Made by a program: the position numbers and the translations under genes. The notes below the pieces were generated by a model. The model was not told the DNA's origin. It was given only the letters and a program-made list of their open reading frames with translations, and did not search any database. A DNA stretch of 64,000 bases, taken from the NCBI GenBank assembly GCA_021775805.1, contig JAJFHD010000011.1, positions 110,887 through 174,886 of the forward strand. The letters are read 5' to 3'. Of this stretch, positions 45,805 to 54,558 are shown piece after piece (position 1 is the stretch's first letter; the number at the start of each line of letters is the position of its first letter). Origin of the DNA: Alphaproteobacteria bacterium. GTDB lineage: Bacteria; Pseudomonadota; Alphaproteobacteria; Rhizobiales; JAJFHC01.

Positions 45805-46545
45805 ATGACTATTGACCTTCTGGCATTTTCTCCTCACCCCGACGATGCGGAAATCGGTTGCGGCGGCCTGCTCCTTCTGGCCGCCCGGCAAGGCCTGAGC
45901 ACCGCAATCGTCGATCTGAGCGAGGGGGAAAAGGCAACGCTGGGGACACCGGCCGTCCGCCGTCGGGAGAAGATGGCGGCCGGAGAAATGCTCGGTCTGA
46001 CGGCACGGCGTGGGCTCGAACTGCCCGACACCCAAATCGGACTCGATCCAAATCACGAAATCGACGTCGTCGCCTGCCTGCGGGAATTGCGGCCACGGAT
46101 GGTTCTTGCGCCGAATTTTGAAGATCGTCATCCCGATCATGAGGCAGCGGCGCGCCTGATCAAACGGGCGGCATTCTTTTCCGGCGTTGCAAGTGTTGGT
46201 ACCGGCGCGCCGCACCGGATTGAACGAATGCTCCACTACTGCGTTCACAGTCCCTTCACGCCCAGCCTCGTGTTTGACGTGTCCAGTGTCTGGCCTGAAT
46301 ACACGAAGGCCGTGGAAGCCTACGAGAGCCAGTTCTGTCAACTTGGCGAGAAGGACGACGAAGCCACGCCTCTGAGCAATGGAGATTTCCTGAAAACCCT
46401 TGAGGCGCGGGGCAGGCATTATGGCGCCATGATCAACACAGAGTTCGGCGAGCCCTACTATTCTTCGTCGCCGCTATCGCTCGACTCGCCTGCCGCTTTG
46501 TTTCCATCAGAAAAATCAAGAACAGCGTACGGATCGTTTTCCTGA
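45805..46545 (+). CDS. BshB1-like PIG-L/LmbE family N-acetylglucosaminide deacetylase
   Basis: DLLAFSPHPDDAEIGCGG, VDLSEGE..T.GT...RRRE, DRHPDH, AYESQF, EARGRHYG, FGEP. Confidence 0.85.
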   Translation: MTIDLLAFSPHPDDAEIGCGGLLLLAARQGLSTAIVDLSEGEKATLGTPAVRRREKMAAGEMLGLTARRGLELPDTQIGLDPNHEIDVVACLRELRPRMVLAPNFEDRHPDHEAAARLIKRAAFFSGVASVGTGAPHRIERMLHYCVHSPFTPSLVFDVSSVWPEYTKAVEAYESQFCQLGEKDDEATPLSNGDFLKTLEARGRHYGAMINTEFGEPYYSSSPLSLDSPAALFPSEKSRTAYGSFS

Positions 46546-46754
46546 GATTATGGTGCTGCGAACTTCGGGCACTCGGTAGTATTGACATGAAGTTGAGCAC
46601 AACCGGTCAACAACTCAAATCGCTTCGCTCGAACCCGGGCTGGAGCCTTGCCGGCAGCGAGGTCAACCGATTGAGAAACGTCGTGACGGTCTCCATCGGC
46701 ACTGGAAAACTGTCCTTCGCTGCGGCGAACAATTGCTGAAGAAGGATCCAAGCC

Positions 46755-46991
46755 TTGAAAGTTTCAGAGATTCCCAAGACCAAGGGCGCAAAGGTCATGA
46801 CCGTGTCACCCGACGACAGCATTGCCGATGTGGCAAGGACGATGACCCAGCGGCGAATTCGGCACCTACCTGTGCAATACGGCGCGAAGCTTGTGGGTAT
46901 CATCAGTGTCGGCGATGTGGTCAAGCATCGCCTCGATGAGTTGCCGCTGGAAGCAAATGTCCTGCGCGACTATGCGGTTGGCAGTCATTGA
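46755..46991 (+). CDS. Single-CBS-domain protein, apparently an internally deleted CBS pair (possible pseudogene)
   Basis: 78 aa, TTG start. The first-repeat N-terminus (VSEI.KTKG.KV.TVSPDDSI) runs directly into the second-repeat core (MT.RRIRHLPV...LVGIISVGDVVKHRLDEL..E...LRDY). Confidence 0.6.
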   Translation: MKVSEIPKTKGAKVMTVSPDDSIADVARTMTQRRIRHLPVQYGAKLVGIISVGDVVKHRLDELPLEANVLRDYAVGSH

Positions 46992-47206
46992 CTTGCGATC
47001 GGGGGGGGGGCGCTGTTCGCCGGGTATTCTGCTGCCGGTCGGTCTCGATCAGCATGTCATCTACGGTAGTGCACCGGGCATTCCGCTGGGGATGATCCTC
47101 AAGGGACGTTGCCTTTTGTGTTGTGCATGGTATTTGGCACAGTACTACTTTGTGTGTTTTCCGGCTTGGCGACAGGGCTGCCGGATCTGCTGACGGGATC
47201 GGGCGT

Positions 47207-48397
47207 ATGAACAACAATACCTCTCAGGAAAACAGCGGCCCGGCCGGTCCGCTTGACGACCTGCTTGTGATCGACATGTCGAGAGTCCTGGCCGGACCGT
47301 ACGCGACGATGGTGCTTGCCGATCTCGGCGCCCGCGTGATCAAGGTCGAAGTGCCGGGAACCGGCGATGATGCTCGCCATTTCGGCCCCTTCATCAACGG
47401 CACGTCGGCCTATTTCATGTCTCTGAATCGGGGCAAGGAGAGCATCGCCCTTGATCTCAAGGCCGATGCCGATCGTGACCTGTTCGAAGGCCTTGTGGCC
47501 AGGGCGGATGTGCTGGTCGAGAACTACCGTGCCGGCACCATGGACAAGCTTGGGTTCGGCTGGGACCGTCTGCAGGAACTGAATCCGAAACTCGTCTATG
47601 CGGCGATTTCCGGATTCGGACAAACCGGTCCCTACAAGGAACGGGCGGCCTATGACATGGTGGTCCAGGGGATGGGCGGGATCATGAGTGTCACCGGTCA
47701 CCCGGATGCCCCGCCTACGCGGGTCGGGACATCTGTTGGCGACATTACGGCGGGACTGTTTGGGTTGTCGGGAATTCTGGCCGCAGTCATCGAACGCCAG
47801 CGCACCGGCCGGGGCACGATGGTCGATGTCGGCATGCTCGACTGTCAGGTGGCGATCCTTGAAAACGCGATTGGGCGCTATCTGGCCGAGGGCGTCGTCC
47901 CGGGTCCGCTGGGTGCGCGGCATCCCTCCATCACACCGTTCGAAGCATACCACGCGAAGGATGGATATGTGATCATCGCGGCAGGCAACAAGTCGCTCTT
48001 CGACAAGCTGTGTTCGGCCCTCCAACGGCCTGACCTGGCGTCGGATCCGGACTTTGAAACCAACGAGCTCAGAACACGCAACCACGAGAAACTCAAAGAT
48101 CAGATCGAGAAACGGCTGGCAGAGAGGCCGGTCGAGGAGTGGCTGGACATCATCGGTGCCGCCGGCGTGCCATGCGGGCCAATAAACAATGTCGAGCAGG
48201 TAGTGAACGACAGCCATGTTCTGGCACGCAACATGATCGTTTCTTCGAACCACGTCACGGCCGGGCCCGTGCGTATGGCTGGAAACCCCATCAAACTCTC
48301 CGGCCATGAAGATCCGCTTGAACGGGCGGCGGCGCCGGAACTGGACGGCAACCGGGACGCGGTGCTGCGCCTGTTGCGGGACAGGGACCCGGTGTGA
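47207..48397 (+). CDS. Class III (CaiB/BaiF) CoA-transferase
   Basis: LVIDMSRVLAGPYATMVLADLGARVIKVE.PG.GDD.R, NRGKESIALDLK, DVLVENYR.G, SVGD. Confidence 0.93.
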   Translation: MNNNTSQENSGPAGPLDDLLVIDMSRVLAGPYATMVLADLGARVIKVEVPGTGDDARHFGPFINGTSAYFMSLNRGKESIALDLKADADRDLFEGLVARADVLVENYRAGTMDKLGFGWDRLQELNPKLVYAAISGFGQTGPYKERAAYDMVVQGMGGIMSVTGHPDAPPTRVGTSVGDITAGLFGLSGILAAVIERQRTGRGTMVDVGMLDCQVAILENAIGRYLAEGVVPGPLGARHPSITPFEAYHAKDGYVIIAAGNKSLFDKLCSALQRPDLASDPDFETNELRTRNHEKLKDQIEKRLAERPVEEWLDIIGAAGVPCGPINNVEQVVNDSHVLARNMIVSSNHVTAGPVRMAGNPIKLSGHEDPLERAAAPELDGNRDAVLRLLRDRDPV

Positions 48398-48620
48398 TTT
48401 CAGTTTTCTGAACCCGATCGATACAGAAAATCATAAGACAAGCGTTTCGCGTTCGATCATACTCATCACCAGATTTCGAGGCTACACGATGTCCTCAAAA
48501 ACTGTCATGTACGTGCTTGACACGTTCATCTTCAGAAATGCAACGCACAAGGACGACAGTTAAGACGGACGGTAAAGCCGCCGCACTGGTGGCGCAGCGC
48601 GTTCGTCCACGGCGACTCGC

Positions 48621-49796
48621 CTACTCAAACGGCAGCCCGACGTAATTTTCTGCAAGTGTGGTCTTGGCCGCCCTGGAGCCGATCAGGTAATCAAGCTCGG
48701 CGCGCTGGATATTGAGATCGAAGGCGCTTGCATCGGGAAAATTGTGCAGCAGGGAGGTCATCCACCATGAAAACCGTTGCGCTTTCCAGATACGTTTCAA
48801 ACAGGATTGAGAGTACCGGTCGAGGGGACCGCTATCGGCGGATCGGTAAAAAGCTGTCAGTGCATCATACAGGACACGGACATCCGCCGCGGCCAGATTG
48901 AGACCCTTGGCGCCGGTCGGGGGCACGATGTGGGCGGCATCGCCGGCAAGGAACAACCTGCCATGGCGCATGGGTTCGGCAACAAAACTGCGCATGGGTG
49001 TCACACTTTTCTCAAGCGAAGGTCCGGTTTCCAGCCGGTTCGTGCAATCCCCGCCCAGCCGGATCTGCAATTCTTCCCAGATTCTGTCGTCAGGCCATTC
49101 TTCCAGATCCTCATCCGGGCGGCACTGGATGTACAAACGGCTGACGGTTTTCGATCGCATGCTGAACAGGGCAAAACCGCGGTCATGCCGGGCATAAACG
49201 ATCTCGTCACTCACGGGCGGCGTGTTGGCCAGAATGCCGAGCCAGGCAAACGGGTAGACTTTTTCATAGGTCTTCAAGATCGGATCGGGAATTGATTTGC
49301 GGCAGACACCATGGAAACCGTCGCATCCGGCGATAAAGTCACAGACGACCTCGTGTTGTTGTCCATCCTTGTGGTAACGGACGCGTGGTGTATCCGTCTC
49401 AATATCATGCAGGCTCACGTCCAAGGCATCAAACACGACCCCGCGGCCCATCTCGTCGTGTGTCCGGTTGAGATCCTTGGTAATCTCCGTCTGACCGTAA
49501 ACCATGACAGTGCTGCCGCCGGTCAACTCGCGCAGGTCTATACGGTGACGGGTCCCGTCGACGCTCAATTCGATGCCGTCGTGAACCAGACCATTGCGGT
49601 CCATGTTGGCGCCGGCCTGTGCCTGATGGATCAGGTCGACGGTGCCCTGCTCGAGAACACCCGCCCGAATGCGGCCTTCGACATAGGCGCGATCGCGCCT
49701 TTCCAGAACGATGGCATCTATGTCCGACAGATGAAGCAGTCTGGACAGGAGAAGCCCGGATGGACCCGCTCCAATGATGGCAACCTGGGTACGCAT
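48621..49796 (-). CDS. pobA: 4-hydroxybenzoate 3-monooxygenase
   Basis: MRTQVAIIGAGPSGL, RIRAGVLEQG, GCDGFHG, LAGDAAHIVPPTGAKGLNLA, RFSWWMT, LAENYVGLP. Confidence 0.96.
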   Translation of the reverse strand: MRTQVAIIGAGPSGLLLSRLLHLSDIDAIVLERRDRAYVEGRIRAGVLEQGTVDLIHQAQAGANMDRNGLVHDGIELSVDGTRHRIDLRELTGGSTVMVYGQTEITKDLNRTHDEMGRGVVFDALDVSLHDIETDTPRVRYHKDGQQHEVVCDFIAGCDGFHGVCRKSIPDPILKTYEKVYPFAWLGILANTPPVSDEIVYARHDRGFALFSMRSKTVSRLYIQCRPDEDLEEWPDDRIWEELQIRLGGDCTNRLETGPSLEKSVTPMRSFVAEPMRHGRLFLAGDAAHIVPPTGAKGLNLAAADVRVLYDALTAFYRSADSGPLDRYSQSCLKRIWKAQRFSWWMTSLLHNFPDASAFDLNIQRAELDYLIGSRAAKTTLAENYVGLPFE

Positions 49797-49970
49797 ATTG
49801 TGATTCTCCGGCGTGAAATCGGTGCCCTGTGCGGCGCAAAGTCAATATGCCGAGCTTTACCCCAAGACGTCTACCGGCGCAGGGTGCGGTTTTCCGGAAA
49901 AGATATCAGTTTGACGTCAGCAGTCGCCGGGCGGCGCCGCACAATTTCCGCTTGGTGGAAGTCGATTTAG

Positions 49971-49994
49971 TCAGTATTATGCGCATAGTGCTGA
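49971..49994. promoter_or_regulatory. Palindromic operator candidate (MarR?) in the pobA / 3HB6H divergent region
   Basis: TCAGTATTATGCGCATAGTGCTGA, a 24-bp inverted repeat with 2 mismatched pairs. Confidence 0.45.
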
Positions 49995-50036
49995 GCAAAT
50001 CGCCACTATGGATCCGTCAAACTATTGAATATGGGC

Positions 50037-51233
50037 ATGACCAACGACAATCCGATTTTGATTTCAGGGGGAGGTATCGGCGGTTTTGCTGCGGCTCTTG
50101 CCCTGAGCCGGGAGGGATACCGGGTTCGTCTGCTGGAGCAATCAGACACTTTTTCCGAAGTCGGTGCAGGCATTCAGCTTGGACCCAACGTCTTCAGAAT
50201 GTTCGACCGGCTGGGCGTGACAGAAGCGGTCAACGAGCTCGCCTGTTTTCCCGATGCTCTGGTCATGATGGATGGATTGAGCGGTGAACAGATTACCAGA
50301 ATCCCGCTCGACGGGGATTTCCGGAAGCGCTTCGACAAACCCTATGGCGTCATTTTTCGACCGGACTTGCACACGGTGCTGATCGATGCCTGCGAAGCGT
50401 CGCCGTTGATTAGCCTGTCGGTCAACCAGAAAGTGGAACGCTTCGAGGAAACACACGACGGTGTGCTGGCCCATACCAGGGAGGGACGCTCTCACGCCGG
50501 CGCGGCGTTGATTGGCGCCGACGGTCTTTGGTCTCGGGTCCGCGAGCAGATCGTCGGCGACGGCCCGCCGAACGTATCCGGTCACATCGCCTATCGGGCC
50601 GTGCTGCCGATTGACGAGGTGCCGGAACATCTGCGGATCAATTCAGCGGTCCTGTGGGCAGGGCCGAAAACCCACCTGGTTCATTATCCCCTTCGCCGTG
50701 GCGAGCTCTTCAACATCGTGGCTGTGTTCCACAGCGACCGCTACGAAGAAGGCTGGGACAGCTACGGCGATCCGGCTGAGCTCACGGAAAGGTTTGCCGG
50801 TCAACATGACAGCGTGCTGCAGCTGTTGGACAAAATCGAGTCGTGGCGCATGTGGGTGCTGTGCGACCGTGAACCGGTCAAGGCATGGGGCAAGGGCCGG
50901 GTGACCCTGCTCGGCGATGCGGCCCACCCGATGCTTCAGTATCTCGCGCAAGGGGCATGCATGGCGACCGAGGATGCGGTCTGCCTGGCCAGCCGGGTTG
51001 TTCACCACGACGGTGACTTCGAGACGGCCTTCGAGTCCTATCGAGACGCCCGCTACCTGCGCACCGGAAGGGTCCAGCTTACTGCCCGTTTGTACGGCGA
51101 CATCTATCATGCGGCTGGCGTTACGGCCGAGTTGCGCGACATAATGCTGAACGGGCGCACGCCCGATCAGGCCTATCAGGGTGTCTCCTGGCTCTACGGC
51201 GGCATTGACGACGATGGCGCCCAGATAGTGTGA
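50037..51233 (+). CDS. 3-hydroxybenzoate 6-monooxygenase-like flavin monooxygenase
   Basis: GGGIGG, EVGAGIQLGPN, GADGLWS, SGHIAYRAV, HLVHYPLR, GDAAHPMLQYLAQGA. Directly upstream of gtdA. Confidence 0.88.
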   Translation: MTNDNPILISGGGIGGFAAALALSREGYRVRLLEQSDTFSEVGAGIQLGPNVFRMFDRLGVTEAVNELACFPDALVMMDGLSGEQITRIPLDGDFRKRFDKPYGVIFRPDLHTVLIDACEASPLISLSVNQKVERFEETHDGVLAHTREGRSHAGAALIGADGLWSRVREQIVGDGPPNVSGHIAYRAVLPIDEVPEHLRINSAVLWAGPKTHLVHYPLRRGELFNIVAVFHSDRYEEGWDSYGDPAELTERFAGQHDSVLQLLDKIESWRMWVLCDREPVKAWGKGRVTLLGDAAHPMLQYLAQGACMATEDAVCLASRVVHHDGDFETAFESYRDARYLRTGRVQLTARLYGDIYHAAGVTAELRDIMLNGRTPDQAYQGVSWLYGGIDDDGAQIV

Positions 51234-51266
51234 CCCGGCATTTTCGATTTCAGAGGGAGAACCAAC

Positions 51267-52325
51267 ATGACACACGGCGCCCCGGCACAAACAGATGAAC
51301 GCCGCGCCTTCTATAACCAGATTGACGGATTTTCCATGACGCCGCTATGGGAGGTGCTCGATGCTCTGGTGACGCCGGTGCCGGCGAGCCCGTGCCTGCC
51401 GCACCTGTGGCGTTACGACGATGCCAGGCCTCATCTCATGAAGTCGGGGGAACTGATCACGGCGCAGGAAGCGGTGCGCCGTGTGCTGGTGCTGGAGAAC
51501 CCGGGCATGCGCGGCGATTCCTGTGTGACGCGGTCTCTCTATGCCGGGCTCCAGCTCATATTGCCCGGCGAAGTGGCACCGGCCCATCGCCATACCCAGT
51601 CGGCGCTGAGGTTTGTGGTCGAAGGGCGCGGCGCCTATACGGCTGTCGATGGCGAGCGGCGGACGATGGAGCCGGGCGATTTCATCATCACCCCGTCGTG
51701 GACCTGGCACGATCACGGCAACCCGTCGGACGAGCCGGTGATCTGGCTCGATGGGCTCGACATTCCCGTGGTCCGCTTTCTGGACGCCGGTTTTGCAGAA
51801 AACCTTCCCGACGACACGCAACCGGTGACACACGACGAGGGGCGCTCCCTGACACGTTATGCCAATAACATGGTGCCTGTGGGCTACGAACCGGAGTCGC
51901 TGACGTCACCGATATTTGCCTACCCCTACGCCCAGTCGAGGGCGACATTGCATGATATGGCGCGTCATGAAAATCCCGATCCCGCCTATGGCTACAAGAT
52001 GCATTTCATCAATCCGGTAACAGGCGGATATGCCATGCCGACCATGGCCACATTCATGCAGTTTCTGCCTGCCGATACTCAGACCAGCACATATCGATCG
52101 ACGGACGGGACCGTATACAGCGTGGTCGAGGGAGGTGGGGAGGCCGAGGTCGGAGAGGGAGACGACAGGGTCGTCATGGAGTTCGGGCCGCGCGATCACT
52201 TCGTGGTGCCGTCATGGGCCCCCAACCGTATCAAGGTGCGCGAAGATACCGTCCTGTTCAGTTTTTCGGACCGGCCGATGCAGAAGGCACTGGGACTCTG
52301 GCGCGAGGACCGCGGCAATGCCTGA
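51267..52325 (+). CDS. gtdA: Gentisate 1,2-dioxygenase
   Basis: PLWEVL, RRVLVLENPG, LYAGLQLILPGEVAPAHRH..SALRF, WTWHDHGN, WLDGLDIP. Confidence 0.95.
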   Translation: MTHGAPAQTDERRAFYNQIDGFSMTPLWEVLDALVTPVPASPCLPHLWRYDDARPHLMKSGELITAQEAVRRVLVLENPGMRGDSCVTRSLYAGLQLILPGEVAPAHRHTQSALRFVVEGRGAYTAVDGERRTMEPGDFIITPSWTWHDHGNPSDEPVIWLDGLDIPVVRFLDAGFAENLPDDTQPVTHDEGRSLTRYANNMVPVGYEPESLTSPIFAYPYAQSRATLHDMARHENPDPAYGYKMHFINPVTGGYAMPTMATFMQFLPADTQTSTYRSTDGTVYSVVEGGGEAEVGEGDDRVVMEFGPRDHFVVPSWAPNRIKVREDTVLFSFSDRPMQKALGLWREDRGNA

Positions 52326-52803
52326 CCAGGCAAGTGTTGCGGCTGGCGTGTTTGATGAAACATTGGATATGCCCGGCCACTTGCTGCGCCGGTGTCAGCA
52401 AATTGCCGTTTCGATATTTCTGACCGAATGTCGTGAGCTCGATCTCACGCCATTGCAGTTTGCCGTCCTCAGCGCCCTCGAACAGCACGAATCGCTCGAC
52501 CAGGTTCGCCTGGCCGGATTTGCCGCACTGGATCGCACGACCGTTGGTGTCGTGACCCGAAAACTCGAGGAGCGAGGTCTTGTCTCGCGCCGGCAATCGG
52601 TCAGGGACCGTCGCTCGGTTCTGATTGAATTGACCGCGGCCGGTCACGAGGTTCTGATGCGCGCGTTGCCAAAGGTACGGGCTGCACAAAGCCGCATTCT
52701 TGCGCCGCTTGGTCCAGACGAGCAGGCCGCCTTCACGGAGATGCTGGCGCGCATTGCGAAGGTCAACAATGCCGCCAGCAGAGCTCCGTTGCGATCTTCG
52801 TAG
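52318..52803 (+). CDS. MarR-family transcriptional regulator
   Basis: PGHLLRRCQQ, LTPLQFAVL, LDRTT, LEERGLV.R....DRR. Overlaps the gtdA stop. Confidence 0.92.
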   Translation: MPDQASVAAGVFDETLDMPGHLLRRCQQIAVSIFLTECRELDLTPLQFAVLSALEQHESLDQVRLAGFAALDRTTVGVVTRKLEERGLVSRRQSVRDRRSVLIELTAAGHEVLMRALPKVRAAQSRILAPLGPDEQAAFTEMLARIAKVNNAASRAPLRSS

Positions 52804-52836
52804 GACCCTCCCTCGTAGAAGACCAAGCCCGGACCA

Positions 52837-53826
52837 TCAGGCCGATTGTGTTTTGCGCTGGATGATCTGCTTGCCGAAGGCGCTGCCGGCAAGGTCGACC
52901 ATAAGTTCGGCACTGCGGTTATGCTCGTCGAGGCACGGGTTGAGTTCGACCAGATCAAGCGATCCCAGAAGTCCGGACTCGTGGATCATTTCCATGCAGA
53001 TGTGGGCCTCGCGGTAGGTGGCGCCGCCGGGCACGGTTGTGCCGACGCCGGGAGCAAGCGATGGATCGAGCATGTCGACATCGAAACTCACATGCAGGTG
53101 ACCGCCGGTCTGCGCTACCCGGTCGAGAATTGTGCGCATAACCGACACCATGCCGTGTTCGTCGATCGTGCGCATGTCGAAGACGTTGGCGCCACTGTCG
53201 ACGACCCGTGCCTTTTCTATCGGATCAACCGAGCGTATGCCGGCGAGGTAGATGTTTGTCGGGTCGATCAGTTGCGGCTGAGTGCCGATGTTGAGCTGGT
53301 CCGCATCGATGGCGCCGCACAGGATTGCCAGCGGCATACCGTGGATGTTGCCGGAAGGAGAGATGTCGGGCGTGTTGAAGTCGGCGTGGGCATCGAGCCA
53401 CAGGACCGAGACCGGCGTATCGGTTCTCGCACAGTGTTCGGCGACGCCGGCGATCGAGCCGATTGACAGGCTGTGGTCGCCGCCCAAAATGACCGGTTTG
53501 TGGCCGATGTCGAGAACGTGGCGGACCTTGTCGCGAATGTTGCGCGACCATTCGGCAACTTCCGGCAGATGGCGAAACCCGTTTACCGGATCGGACTGGG
53601 GGTTGCGCGGGCCTGCCACGTCGCCATGATCGACGACATTGTGTCCAAGCTCGCCAAAAGCCTGTTCGATGCCCGCAATGCGGAGCGCCTCCGGCCCCAG
53701 GCTGGCGCCACGGCGTCCGGCGCCGACGTCGATCGGGGCGCCGATCAGACCCAGCGGTCTTGCCACTTTGGTTGCGTTTTCCAGCTTTTGCTCTGTGGAT
53801 TGATGTTTCATATGCTGAATACCCAT
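52837..53826 (-). CDS. rocF: Arginase
   Basis: GPEALR, LGGDHS, WLDAHADFNTP..SPSGNIHGMP, HVSFDVD.LDP..APGVGT.V.GG.TYRE, VELNP. Confidence 0.93.
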   Translation of the reverse strand: MGIQHMKHQSTEQKLENATKVARPLGLIGAPIDVGAGRRGASLGPEALRIAGIEQAFGELGHNVVDHGDVAGPRNPQSDPVNGFRHLPEVAEWSRNIRDKVRHVLDIGHKPVILGGDHSLSIGSIAGVAEHCARTDTPVSVLWLDAHADFNTPDISPSGNIHGMPLAILCGAIDADQLNIGTQPQLIDPTNIYLAGIRSVDPIEKARVVDSGANVFDMRTIDEHGMVSVMRTILDRVAQTGGHLHVSFDVDMLDPSLAPGVGTTVPGGATYREAHICMEMIHESGLLGSLDLVELNPCLDEHNRSAELMVDLAGSAFGKQIIQRKTQSA

Positions 53827-53966
53827 GTGGGACTCCGTTTGCGTTGTGCTTGATTGCTATTGGGGGCGATAATGTCAGATGTGTCGCAAAATGGGCTGGC
53901 GAATGTGGTGGGGATGGCGGCAGATTCTGCGGCTTGACCGGCCCCCGGCAAAAGGAAGTGTTGGAC

Positions 53967-54464
53967 ATGGCAAAAGGGACCGTTCGTCTGGATCGCATCG
54001 ACCTGAAGATTCTCGGTGTTCTCCAGACCGATGCGCGAATCACGAACCAGGCGCTTTCCGACAAAGTTGGCCTTTCGCCAAGTCCATGTCTTCAGCGGGT
54101 CAAGCGGCTGGAACAGGAGGGGCTGATAACGGGATACCTTGGACAGATTGATCTCGGACGGCTTGCCCGTACGATCTCGGTGATTGCGACCGTGACGCTG
54201 GCCAGTCACAGCCAGGACGATTTTGACGCCTTTGAAGCGGCTGTCGCCGATGTGCCCGAACTGGTCGATTGTTTCAAAGTCAGCGGCCAGTTCGATTACT
54301 TCATGCGGTTCGTGTGTCCTGACATCACGACCTATGAGCAGATCAGCGACGGTTTGGTTCGCAACGGTCCCGAGGGCATCCGTGTCAGCAGTCACGTGGT
54401 GTTGCGGGTGACGAAACAGTTTGACGGTTACCCTGTTGAACAACTTGTCACATTCGATTGTTAA
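53967..54464 (+). CDS. Lrp/AsnC-family transcriptional regulator
   Basis: LDRIDLKIL..LQ.DARITN..L...VGLSPSPCL.RVKRLE..G.I. Divergent from arginase. Confidence 0.93.
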   Translation: MAKGTVRLDRIDLKILGVLQTDARITNQALSDKVGLSPSPCLQRVKRLEQEGLITGYLGQIDLGRLARTISVIATVTLASHSQDDFDAFEAAVADVPELVDCFKVSGQFDYFMRFVCPDITTYEQISDGLVRNGPEGIRVSSHVVLRVTKQFDGYPVEQLVTFDC

Positions 54465-54558
54465 TATAATATAATTTGACGGTTCGAGGCCGCCGTTTCA
54501 CAGTGGTGGTTTCAATCCCGAGATCGAGAGTTTCACTTGGGTAAACAGGGAGAAAATA

